Positions 1 through 8,429 are shown, numbered from the stretch's first letter. The stretch: DNA of 64,000 bases from Candidatus Babeliales bacterium (GCA_031292305.1 JARLHJ010000008.1:1846-65845), one strand, 5' to 3'. Notes: generated by a model from the sequence alone, not told the origin. Made by a program: numbers and translations.

Positions 1-1
1 T

Positions 2-463
2 GCAACTGAGCATATTGAAGAATATAAACAAAAGGGTGTTAAAATAAAATTTATTGGCGAACGCTCTTTATATCCGGAAGCTGTTCTATCTGCTTGTAAT
101 TTGATAGAAGCGCAAACCAAAGATTGTGACAAACTACAGGTAAATTTACTCTTTTGCTATGGTGCAAGACAAGAAATTGTTGCAAGTGTAAAAGATATTG
201 TAAAACGCGTAATTTCAGGTGAAATTTCACAAGATAGTATTAATGAAGAATTGGTTACCAAATCGTTATGGACAAATGGCACACCGGAACCTGAACTAAT
301 TATTCGCACCGGTTCTGTGCAACGCTTGAGTAATTTTTTACTTTATCAATCTGCTTATAGCGAACTATATTTTTTAGATTGCATGTGGCCAGAAATTGAA
401 GCACATCATCTTACTCAGGCATTAGATAGATTTAAAGTGTGCCAAAGAAACTTTGGCGTTTAG
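2..463 (+). CDS. uppS: Undecaprenyl-diphosphate synthase, C-terminal part (5' end lies upstream of the window)
   Basis: Frame 2 is open from nt 2. The translation IIRTGSVQRLSNFLLYQSAYSELYF..WPE matches the conserved cis-prenyltransferase C-terminal block (E. coli [23 protein letters not shown]). Ends at TAG 461-463. Confidence 0.85.
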   Translation, partial: ATEHIEEYKQKGVKIKFIGERSLYPEAVLSACNLIEAQTKDCDKLQVNLLFCYGARQEIVASVKDIVKRVISGEISQDSINEELVTKSLWTNGTPEPELIIRTGSVQRLSNFLLYQSAYSELYFLDCMWPEIEAHHLTQALDRFKVCQRNFGV

Positions 464-1104
464 TTATTTCTTTTCTGCCAAATTTTTAATAAATTAATAA
501 TTGGGCTCAAATAAATTTCATCTTTTAATTTTAATTTTGCAGCTTCAATATCTTGGTTATTTATGCGTGCCCCAAAATTAAGTACTGCCACATAAGTAGC
601 AATATCATTAAAATATTTAGATTCAATTAAATATTGTATAACCTTTTTTCCATTATGGTCTTGCGCATTTATTAATTGTTTTGCTCGCCCTTTATTAAGA
701 GCATATACAATAGGCGCAATACGTAAATCTAGCATTAAAGGCGTTTGTCCTTGCTCATTTCTGATATTTAAAGGTGTGAATAATAGATCTTTTCTAATTT
801 TTTTAACTTCAGGAATTAATTGATTAAATTTTTCTTGATTTTCTCGTCTGACTTCCGGCAATTTTGCAATTTTATCTTCAGGTATATTTAGATTTTTCGG
901 AAATTCAAAATCCTTGCCTATACGCGCAGTCTGATATTCTTTTAAAGTATTACCATAACTTACAAGCTTGGTTGATAGTTTGTTAAATTCTTGGGCACTT
1001 ACATATCGTTTTTTGTTTAGATAATATGTATAACCCATTGCAGCAGCTATAAACACTATACATATAGCTATTATACTTGCTAATATTATTAATAATTTTT
1101 TCAT
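460..1104 (-). CDS. Membrane-anchored hypothetical protein, possibly with degenerate ankyrin-like repeats
   Basis: 214-aa ORF with an N-terminal hydrophobic anchor (LLIILASIIAICIVFIAAAMGY). The segment NEQGQTPLMLDL..ALNKGRAKQLINAQDHNGKKVIQYL loosely fits the ANK pattern (G-TPL...; ..D..G.T). No family recognised with certainty. Confidence 0.5.
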   Translation of the reverse strand: MKKLLIILASIIAICIVFIAAAMGYTYYLNKKRYVSAQEFNKLSTKLVSYGNTLKEYQTARIGKDFEFPKNLNIPEDKIAKLPEVRRENQEKFNQLIPEVKKIRKDLLFTPLNIRNEQGQTPLMLDLRIAPIVYALNKGRAKQLINAQDHNGKKVIQYLIESKYFNDIATYVAVLNFGARINNQDIEAAKLKLKDEIYLSPIINLLKIWQKRNN

Positions 1105-1221
1105 TTCTAATTCCTTAAAGGTTAATATGATTACATATTAACAAAAAAAGATTTTCAAAAACAATAAAGGATAAGGTGTAAAGAAATTAATTTGCTTCAG
1201 GATTATTAAATTTATTATTTT

Positions 1222-1575
1222 CTATTGTAATAATCTTTTTCCTATATTGTAAGGAGAGTAAAATGCATAATAATCTCCAGGGATGTGAACTCCCCACTGA
1301 TCTCTAATATGTTCTGGTTGACTAATTTCTCCAGAAGTTGTTCCATACACTCATTTATAGCCACCATTGATAAATTTCTTTACAATTACTAATTCATTGG
1401 GTTCATTAAAAATATTATTTCGATTAATACTCCAACCATCAGCTTCAGCTTCTTCTTGTGTATTAAATGCTATAGAACCTAATTGTGATTCATTCATTTC
1501 TACTGAAGCTTGTAAATTTGCGTGTGCTGTGATAATTACTAGAAACAATAATACAAAAGTAAGTGTTTTTTTCAT
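1222..1575 (-). pseudogene. Short paralogue of the C-terminal domain of the 1879-2529 protein, interrupted by an in-frame TGA (1351-1353)
   Basis: The 74-aa ORF (signal peptide + SIAFNTQEEAEADGWSINRNNIFNEPNELVIVKKFINGGYK) matches SLAFNTQEEAEAAGWNINHQNKFNELDELVIVKMPVNDGYKWLYGK of the neighbour. The same frame continues after the TGA as VYGTTSGEISQPEHIRDQWGVHIPGDYY... to TAG at 1222-1224, so the TGA sits where the paralogue has Trp (YK-W-LYG). Confidence 0.55.
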
Positions 1576-1594
1576 TTTATCCTATATCTACCTA

Positions 1595-1764
1595 TACGTG
1601 TAGCAAAAAGTCCAATATTTTAATCGCCCTATTAGAGGTCTTACATTAATAAAAGAACCCCTATTTCTTTTAATTCATTTTTCTCATTACAAACTTATTT
1701 TTTTCTTTAGTAATGACATAAATTGCACTGTCTTCAATTGGTAGCCAGTTTGACCAATAAATAT
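1595..1764. repeat. 170-bp near-identical copy of 2744-2913 (intergenic sequence plus the 3' end of the 2819-3280 gene)
   Basis: Manual alignment at a constant offset of 1149 nt found one mismatch (ttacatt vs ttatatt). The copy includes a 3' gene fragment encoding ..YIYWSNWLPIEDSAIYVITKEKNKFVMRKMN* on the minus strand (about 1672-1764). Confidence 0.9.
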
Positions 1765-1878
1765 TCTGCTTACAGTGAACTTTATTTCTTAGATTGTATG
1801 TGACCAGAAATTGAAGTACATCATCTTACTCAGGCATTAGATAGATTTAAAGTATGCCAAAGAAACTTCGGCGTTTAA
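1765..1878 (+). pseudogene. Duplicated 3' fragment of uppS (copy of 350-463) with TGG->TGA
   Basis: 114 nt aligns without gaps to 350-463 with roughly ten mismatches by eye. The original tgc atg tgg cca gaa (CMWPE) is tgt atg tga cca gaa here. It has no upstream coding part and is fused directly to the 170-bp repeat. Confidence 0.85.
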
Positions 1879-2529
1879 CTATTCTACTTCTGGGCCCTGA
1901 TTTTCTTCTGATATTTGGTGCCTGCCTATATTAATTGCCCTAGTGCTTAATGTATCCTGACCTGGTACATAAATTTTCCATAACAATAATTGAGGGTGGT
2001 CTAGATTTCGGCCTCTGGTTTTACCATATAACCATTTATATCCATCGTTTACCGGCATTTTAACAATTACTAACTCATCCAATTCATTAAATTTATTCTG
2101 ATGATTAATATTCCAACCGGCTGCTTCAGCTTCTTCTTGTGTATTGAATGCTAAAGAATCTAAATTTATCAAATTAGAATCATCATTGCCAAATTCATCT
2201 TTGCCTCTTTTTGTCAATTCAGGCTTAATTTTCCCATTTTGATCAAACACAACCATATCACCTTTTTCTTTATCTGAAACAAAAATGCTTCCTGTATTTG
2301 GATTATAACGTAATTCAAGATTTTTAGGGTTAGATATTGTAGGAATTTCTGCCTGACCATTATTGCCAAAACTTAGGTCGAATGTTCTCTTATCTGATTG
2401 ATATTTTACTAATACAGGCGAAAAATTAGACAATGCAATCCTTTTTTCATCAGGTAAATCAATTGATTGGGCTGCTTCAATACCAAAATTTATTATTAAT
2501 AAAAAAATCATAAATTTATTTAATTTCAT
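1879..2529 (-). CDS. Secreted hypothetical protein (216 aa)
   Basis: Long ORF with an N-terminal signal-like segment (FMIFLLIINFGIEAAQS). Its C-terminal domain is shared with the 1222-1575 relic. SD-like aggag lies upstream of the ATG (rc of ctcct at about 2537-2541). Confidence 0.6.
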   Translation of the reverse strand: MKLNKFMIFLLIINFGIEAAQSIDLPDEKRIALSNFSPVLVKYQSDKRTFDLSFGNNGQAEIPTISNPKNLELRYNPNTGSIFVSDKEKGDMVVFDQNGKIKPELTKRGKDEFGNDDSNLINLDSLAFNTQEEAEAAGWNINHQNKFNELDELVIVKMPVNDGYKWLYGKTRGRNLDHPQLLLWKIYVPGQDTLSTRAINIGRHQISEENQGPEVE

Positions 2530-2818
2530 ATTTTTTCTCCTAAAAATTAATTTCTATTATCTTTTTATAGTTTATCACAAGAGAAATGCAAAAAGCAAGA
2601 AATTATCAAATAGAAATAGTCTGTGGTGTTTTCCAGGTTCAAAAGAGTAAAAAAACAAATGTTACAAATTATTGTAAATTTGGTATTGTCTATTGTAATA
2701 ATATAGCTTTTATTTTGATGCGGATTTATCACAAGTTATGCATTACGTGTAGCAAAAAGTCCAATATTTTAATCGCCCTATTAGAGGTCTTATATTAATA
2801 AAAGAACCCCTATTTCTT

Positions 2819-3280
2819 TTAATTCATTTTTCTCATTACAAACTTATTTTTTTCTTTAGTAATGACATAAATTGCACTGTCTTCAATTGGTAGCCAGTTT
2901 GACCAATAAATATAATGCTCACTTCTAGAAGTCTGACCTAATAAATTAACTCGAAATTTAGTTGCAGCATTATAATAAACAAAATTATTAATTATCTGAG
3001 GTTGGCGAGAAAGATTATTTATATCTATCTTTTTAAAAACAATATTTTTCATAGATAGTGCGGGAACTTTTATAAAGTTATTTTTAATTATAAGATAATA
3101 GCCCTCAATATCACGTTTGATTGTTTGGTTTGGTAATACCATTTCTTGATACAGTGGAGCTGCTTGAATGCATAAAGAGTATTTAGTGTGATTAGCAATA
3201 GTAATTTTTTTAACAGATAGATTTTCTTGCATTGCACTAATTAATACTGGCAATAACACTAAAAATATTAATCTTTTCAT
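2819..3280 (-). CDS. Secreted hypothetical protein (153 aa)
   Basis: ORF with a signal peptide (MKRLIFLVLLPVLISAMQ). Its 3' end is duplicated at 1672-1764. Confidence 0.55.
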   Translation of the reverse strand: MKRLIFLVLLPVLISAMQENLSVKKITIANHTKYSLCIQAAPLYQEMVLPNQTIKRDIEGYYLIIKNNFIKVPALSMKNIVFKKIDINNLSRQPQIINNFVYYNAATKFRVNLLGQTSRSEHYIYWSNWLPIEDSAIYVITKEKNKFVMRKMN

Positions 3281-3376
3281 TTTGCATCCTAAATTTGTTT
3301 TTAACCTTAACTTTTACTATATTTTTATAGCTTATCAAAAAAATGAATGATATCTACTTTCTAAAAAGGAAAATGC

Positions 3377-4438
3377 GTGTTTAAATTCAAGCTGATTTTC
3401 TCAGTGGTTTTTATTGGACTTCTATTATTTTTAGCTTCCAAAAAATTTGATAGTTGTGACTATGTAGCACAAGGTTACAAAGTTGGGTTAAAAGAAATAA
3501 CTTTCAATGATGCTAATAGAAATCGTGAAATAAAAACAGCTATTTGGTATCCCGCAGAAAATAGTGCTAATACTGAATGTATTAGTCATTCGATTTGGAA
3601 GATTGGTAACGTAGCTAAAAATGCTAAAATCTTATCAGGGGAAATAAAATACCCGCTAATTATGTTCTCGCATGGATATGGTCTAGACAAATGGGCAAGT
3701 TCTTGGTTTGTGCATTTGTTAGCCTCGCAAGGTTACATAGTTGTAACAATGGACCATTATGGCAATACGCAAGATAATATGTCCCCGTATTGGTCAATCA
3801 GGCCATTCGAGCGTGCGCGTGATATAAGCTTTGTCTTAAACAAATTACTAGAAGATAAATACTGGTCTCAAAAAATAGATAAAAATAGAATTGGTATGGC
3901 AGGGTATTCACAAGGTGGTGCTGCAAGTTTATGGATAGCCGGTGCTCAAACGAATTATGTAAATATAGTTGAAGATCACCACAAAACAACGCAAGCAGAA
4001 AAAGAAGCAATGTATAAATTATTTAAAGACCAAGAATCGTATGAACAAGAATTAAACAATTTTGAGTATGATCTTGCAAATTCGTCTTTTAAAGATACAC
4101 GCATAAAAGCTGTGTTTGCAATGGCGCCGGGTATAGATGAACAATTTGTATATTTTAATAAATTTAGTGATATAAATATTCCTGTCTTTATTATTGCAGG
4201 TGATAATGATGAAATAATAAACGCAGATAAGAATGCTAAATTTTATGCAGCACAAATTAAAAATGCACATATTAAAATAATTCCTGAAGCTACCCATTGG
4301 ACATTCTTAAATGAAGAAACATTTTTGGGTCGCATAGTAGAACCTAAATTAATTCATGACAAAGCGATGTCTGCACGAATTAAAGATCATGAAATTGTTG
4401 GTGATATAGCATTAGATTTTTTTGAGAAGAACTTATGA
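3377..4438 (+). CDS. Alpha/beta hydrolase, dienelactone-hydrolase / PAF-acetylhydrolase-like (COG4188-like)
   Basis: N-terminal anchor. YPLIMFSHGYGLDKWASSWFVHLLASQGYIVVTMDHYGN matches the COG4188/PAF-AH oxyanion block, and the nucleophile elbow is GYSQGG. GTG start, with the TGA stop overlapping the gpsA ATG (ATGA). Confidence 0.7.
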   Translation: MFKFKLIFSVVFIGLLLFLASKKFDSCDYVAQGYKVGLKEITFNDANRNREIKTAIWYPAENSANTECISHSIWKIGNVAKNAKILSGEIKYPLIMFSHGYGLDKWASSWFVHLLASQGYIVVTMDHYGNTQDNMSPYWSIRPFERARDISFVLNKLLEDKYWSQKIDKNRIGMAGYSQGGAASLWIAGAQTNYVNIVEDHHKTTQAEKEAMYKLFKDQESYEQELNNFEYDLANSSFKDTRIKAVFAMAPGIDEQFVYFNKFSDINIPVFIIAGDNDEIINADKNAKFYAAQIKNAHIKIIPEATHWTFLNEETFLGRIVEPKLIHDKAMSARIKDHEIVGDIALDFFEKNL

Positions 4439-5397
4439 AAAAAATAGTAGTTATTGGTGAAGGGCATTTTGGTACTGCAATTGCAACAGTATTGGCACAT
4501 AATGGTTATGAAGTAACTTTGTGGTGTTATGAAGCTGAAATTGCAAACATGATTAACCAAGGGCATAGTAACTCAAAATATTTCCCTGATATAAAATTAA
4601 ATAAAAATATTAAAGCAACTAATAATTTATTAGATGCAATTAAAGATTCAGAATATATTTTTGTAGCAATCCCAGTAAAATTCTTGCGTTTAGTGATAGA
4701 AAAACTAAAACCTGATATTAAAAGTACACAAGTTATAGTTTGTTTAAGCAAAGGTATAGAACAAGATACTTTGTTGTTTCCAACTCAAATAGTTCAAGAA
4801 ATATTACCTAATACACAAATTGCAGTTATTTCTGGTCCAAGTTTTGCAAAAGAATTGGTTGAACAAAAACTGACTGGTGTTAATTTAGCAACGCAAGTTG
4901 AAGGGCATTACAGTAACTTGCAAGCAACCTTGAAAAATGATTACGTAAAAATAAAGAAGACAAAAGATCTTCTAGGATTAGAAATTTGTGGAGCATTAAA
5001 GAACGTGTTAACAATCGGTATTGGTATTGCGCAAGGCGCCCATTTTGCAGATAATACAATTGCATATTTATTTACCAAATGTTTAGCTGAAATGGGACTG
5101 CTATTACATGCATTAGGCGGCCAAAAAGAAACTGCGTATGACCTTGCAGGTGTTGGTGATTTAGTTTTATGTGCATTTGGCAAATCTAGTAGAAACTTAT
5201 GGTTCGGCCAGGAGATTGGCAAAGGTAAGAAGCTTGATGATATTTTAAAAAATAATGTGACAGTTGAAGGTTTAAATACTTTGCAATCTGTAAAGCAATT
5301 ATCTACAAAGTTAAATATTAATTTGCCATTTTGTAATGCGGTTTATAATATAGTTTTTGAAGATGGAAATATTGATTCTATTTTGAAAGGCTTATAG
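4435..5397 (+). CDS. gpsA: NAD(P)H-dependent glycerol-3-phosphate dehydrogenase
   Basis: Rossmann motif IGEGHFGTAIATVLAHNG, the GALKN motif (CGALKNVLTIGIGI) and typical length (320 aa). Confidence 0.92.
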   Translation: MKKIVVIGEGHFGTAIATVLAHNGYEVTLWCYEAEIANMINQGHSNSKYFPDIKLNKNIKATNNLLDAIKDSEYIFVAIPVKFLRLVIEKLKPDIKSTQVIVCLSKGIEQDTLLFPTQIVQEILPNTQIAVISGPSFAKELVEQKLTGVNLATQVEGHYSNLQATLKNDYVKIKKTKDLLGLEICGALKNVLTIGIGIAQGAHFADNTIAYLFTKCLAEMGLLLHALGGQKETAYDLAGVGDLVLCAFGKSSRNLWFGQEIGKGKKLDDILKNNVTVEGLNTLQSVKQLSTKLNINLPFCNAVYNIVFEDGNIDSILKGL

Positions 5398-5747
5398 TGA
5401 AAAAATTAGTTTTAAGTTTAGTATGTTGCTTATTTGTTGCGCAGCTTTCAGCACAATCATTTTTTGAAAAACATCACAAACCGATTTTGTGTACAACTAT
5501 AGGTGTTTCTGTGTTTATTATTGGATATTTATTAAGAACTAAAAAAGATTTAAAAAATAAAAATTTTGATTTAAAAAGAGAAATTTGGAGAAAAAAAGAA
5601 TCTTCAATGAAAGATATAGGAATAAACACTGATAATTCTGACTCTTCAAAAAATGTATCAAAAGAAGAAAAATATATTTATCCAAAAGCTTTAAAAACTA
5701 GCAAAATGAAAGATACTAAGGCAGAAGAATTCGAATTTTATTCTTAA
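5397..5747 (+). CDS. Hypothetical signal-peptide protein (116 aa)
   Basis: GTG start overlapping the gpsA stop. Signal-like N-terminus (LVLSLVCCLFVAQLSAQS) plus one further hydrophobic segment. Lys-rich and low-complexity. Confidence 0.45.
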   Translation: MKKLVLSLVCCLFVAQLSAQSFFEKHHKPILCTTIGVSVFIIGYLLRTKKDLKNKNFDLKREIWRKKESSMKDIGINTDNSDSSKNVSKEEKYIYPKALKTSKMKDTKAEEFEFYS

Positions 5748-5838
5748 ACAAGCTGATATTTTTTTTCAATTTACAAAATATATTGTTATGATAATTTTTC
5801 TAAAAAGAGTTTAATATTTTAATTAGTTAAGGGTAAGA

Positions 5839-6135
5839 ATGAAGCAAGCGCGATTATTATTAATGTTGTTCTGTATTTCTTTTTCTATAAATATAAAATC
5901 TAACGAATTTATGATAAATGGGCTTAGAAGTATTTATAAATTATTAGACACAAAAACTCAAACTGTAGTAGCTTCAGGAACGTTACTTGCAATTGTTAAA
6001 TTTTTACGAAAAACTAAAGTATCTAAAGTTACTTTTGATTTCCCAACTTGCAAGGGTAATTTAAGAAGAAGTTCAGCATCATTAAATCTTGTTAATTTGC
6101 CAAGAACACGAATGTCAAGAAGTAAATCTATGTAG
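5839..6135 (+). CDS. Hypothetical signal-peptide protein (98 aa)
   Basis: ORF with a signal-like N-terminus (LLLMLFCISFSINIKS). No recognisable family. Confidence 0.4.
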   Translation: MKQARLLLMLFCISFSINIKSNEFMINGLRSIYKLLDTKTQTVVASGTLLAIVKFLRKTKVSKVTFDFPTCKGNLRRSSASLNLVNLPRTRMSRSKSM

Positions 6136-6137
6136 TT

Positions 6138-6836
6138 TTATTGAATAATTAATTGAACATTTAAATTTGGATTTAATTTGATCAAAGATCCAGCAAAAGG
6201 TCTTTGATCAATAATAATATAATCTTTACTTGAATTATATTCTTCATTAGGGTTTTTCATCACTAATTTAATTTGTAAATTATTTAACTTCAATAAATTA
6301 ATTACACTCTTTAGTTCTTTGCCTTTAAAATTAGGAAAAACTATTTCTTTGTTATTTCCTGAGCTTATATAAAGCAAGATCTTTTTTTCTTCAAGATTAG
6401 TATTCGGGGCCGGAAACTGTGTAATGCAGTAATTTTCTGGCAATATACTTTGTTCATAATAAATTTTTAATTTAATATTTTCTTTTGCAACAATAGGTTG
6501 AATGTCATCCAGTTTTTTGCCCATGAAATTTGGTACTTTATAAAAGTCAGGTTTTTTTGCAACGACCAAATAAATAGTTTGATTTTGTTTAACTTTTTGA
6601 TTGACTGGATTTTGAGATATAATTGTTCCTGGTATTAAATCAGGTTCTTCTTTTTGTGATAATATTCGAATATTCAGATGTGCGTCAGATAATATTTTTG
6701 TAGCTTCTATTATTGATGTTCCAACTAAATTAGGTACTTCTATTTCTTTTTTTGTATTAAAAAGTTGGTTAATTAAAAAATAACCTAAAAGAAAACTTAT
6801 AAATGGCAGGGTCCAGAGAAATTTGTTTAGTGTCAT
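6138..6836 (-). CDS. Membrane-anchored PASTA-domain protein (three PASTA-like repeats)
   Basis: N-terminal TM segment, then three repeats opening with (E/K/V)(V/F)PN(L/F)(V/M/K)G (EVPNLVGTSIIEATKIL; KVPNFMGKKLDDIQPIV; VFPNFKGKELKSVINLL), the typical PASTA start. Confidence 0.7.
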   Translation of the reverse strand: MTLNKFLWTLPFISFLLGYFLINQLFNTKKEIEVPNLVGTSIIEATKILSDAHLNIRILSQKEEPDLIPGTIISQNPVNQKVKQNQTIYLVVAKKPDFYKVPNFMGKKLDDIQPIVAKENIKLKIYYEQSILPENYCITQFPAPNTNLEEKKILLYISSGNNKEIVFPNFKGKELKSVINLLKLNNLQIKLVMKNPNEEYNSSKDYIIIDQRPFAGSLIKLNPNLNVQLIIQ

Positions 6837-6885
6837 AAAATCCCGATCATACTGAGCGAGTGAAACGAGTCGAACGTATCGATTT

Positions 6886-7268
6886 CCAAGGTAGACCTAT
6901 AAGCCGGATTCTGTTCTTTCTGTACACTGCAGTTAAGAAAGTAGCAACCATTAATCTAAGCGACATACCCGCACACTAGCTGGAATGAATTACCTAATGT
7001 GTGCCTATTTTGTCTTGCTCCAGACAGGGTTTACCCAAATATTTCATTGCTGAAATAGATCGTGCGCTCTTACCACACGTTTTCACCCTTACTTATTAAG
7101 CTCTTGCGAGCTTAATTTAGCGGTTTTTTTCTGTGGCACTTTCCATGAGTTTTCACCCTCCTTGATTGAATACCATAACAGATATTCTCCCAAGGTGCCT
7201 TCTTCATTTGGAGTCCGGACTTTCCTCTTGTAAGTTTACCTTGCAAGCGATTGCCCAGTCTACCTTTG
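6886..7268 (-). ncRNA. rnpB: RNase P RNA, bacterial type A
   Basis: The reverse complement contains GAGGAAAGTCCGGAC (P4 5' strand), GTGCCACAGAAA, AGTAAGGGTGAAAACGTGTGGTAAGAGCGCAC (compare E. coli GGUAAGGGUGAAAGGGUGCGGUAAGAGCGCAC) and ACAGAATCCGGCTTAT (P4 3' strand). The P1 stem is AAGGTAGAC / GTCTACCTT. It is a GC-richer island in a 470-nt gap with no ORF. Confidence 0.9.
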
Positions 7269-7306
7269 GATTTCAATATTAATTTTACTTAATTTATTTC
7301 ACTTTG

Positions 7307-7780
7307 TCAATTTTTAATTTTTGGATTCTTGCTCCTATAGAAGAATAACAAAATTGAAGAAATAAAGAAATTTAAAATAATTGATAAAAATATTAATTTA
7401 AAATTTAAATTTTGACCAAGAATAAAATAGTCTAAAGTTAAAAACTTAAATAAAAAATATCCAGATATTAGCAAGAATAATAATAAATAATGATATATTA
7501 CAATTTTTTTTGTTTTATTTATAATAATAAGTAACACAAAAAGAAGACCTAAATCGAGCCCAAATATTCCATAATGTAAAAACGAATTAATTAGCAGAAG
7601 AAATACAGCGCAAAGATTCTGATTTAAAGAGATTGTATTTGTTAAATTTTTCACAATTAAATAGCACAGCAAAGAGTTTATAAGATATTGATTAAATAAA
7701 CTGTAAATGCAAATATCTAGCATAAAAAAAAATAAAATTCCGACGTATGTTTTTACCTGAATTATCAATTGTTTATTCAT
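7307..7780 (-). CDS. Polytopic inner-membrane protein (157 aa, about 5 TM), function unknown
   Basis: Almost entirely hydrophobic ORF. Size and topology resemble MreD-like proteins, but no diagnostic motif was recognised. Confidence 0.5.
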   Translation of the reverse strand: MNKQLIIQVKTYVGILFFFMLDICIYSLFNQYLINSLLCYLIVKNLTNTISLNQNLCAVFLLLINSFLHYGIFGLDLGLLFVLLIIINKTKKIVIYHYLLLFLLISGYFLFKFLTLDYFILGQNLNFKLIFLSIILNFFISSILLFFYRSKNPKIKN

Positions 7781-7845
7781 ATATATTTTAAAGTTAAAAG
7801 TTTGTGTATTAATAAAACATTATTAAATTTCTAATTTATTCTAGG

Positions 7846-7873
7846 TTGACAATTAAACTATTTCAAGTAAATT
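7846..7873 (+). promoter_or_regulatory. Candidate sigma-70 promoter for the 7920 gene
   Basis: TTGACA (7846-7851), 16-nt spacer, TAAATT (7868-7873). An SD-like aaagggg lies before the ATG at 7920. Confidence 0.35.
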
Positions 7874-7919
7874 TAATCGCAGGTGTATTAAACAACTAAA
7901 AATTTTTCAAAGGGGTCTT

Positions 7920-8429
7920 ATGAAAATGCAAGTTTTATCATTATTGTTATTAGTTTCTGTCGTTTCAGTAAATGCTTCAGAAAGCGCTTTACAAGCAGCA
8001 GTTAATTCACAAAACGCAGCAAATTTTTCAGCAGCAGCATCATCTTCAGCAGCAACAGCTTCACAAGCTTCACTTGCTTTAGCAACTGAAAAGCTAGTTC
8101 TTGAAAATGTAAAAGCACAAGTAGCTTCTACAGAAGCGATGGCAAATCAAGCAGAAAAAGAAGCTGTAAAAGATGCAGCTAAATCTTTAGTTGAACAACT
8201 AAAAGCATTTACAAATTTTGATTCAAAATTAGAAAAAGCTGAATCAGCTTGGGAATTTGTATCTGTAACACATAAAAAGAAATCTTTAGCATTTGCAGCT
8301 TTAGTAGCAGCAGGTTTACTTTATAGATATAATGCAACTGTAAACGCTAATGTTAAAAAAGGGTTCAGAAAAACTAAAAGTGCTTTAGGTTTTAAATCAG
8401 AAGACACAAGATCTCAAAGAAGACAATAA
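7920..8429 (+). CDS. Ala/Ser-rich secreted protein with a C-terminal hydrophobic anchor (169 aa)
   Basis: Signal peptide (VLSLLLLVSVVSVNASE), a low-complexity A/S/Q-rich helical region, and a C-terminal segment LAFAALVAAGLLY followed by a basic tail. Flanked by a good promoter candidate and a strong terminator. Confidence 0.6.
   Translation: MKMQVLSLLLLVSVVSVNASESALQAAVNSQNAANFSAAASSSAATASQASLALATEKLVLENVKAQVASTEAMANQAEKEAVKDAAKSLVEQLKAFTNFDSKLEKAESAWEFVSVTHKKKSLAFAALVAAGLLYRYNATVNANVKKGFRKTKSALGFKSEDTRSQRRQ

Noticed and set aside
2586-2798. 70-aa plus-strand ORF in the 2530-2818 gap.
   Set aside because: It has no SD and Cys/Ile/Lys-rich AT-biased composition. It runs into the duplicated 170-bp segment. 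It is most likely non-coding promoter or duplication-scar sequence.
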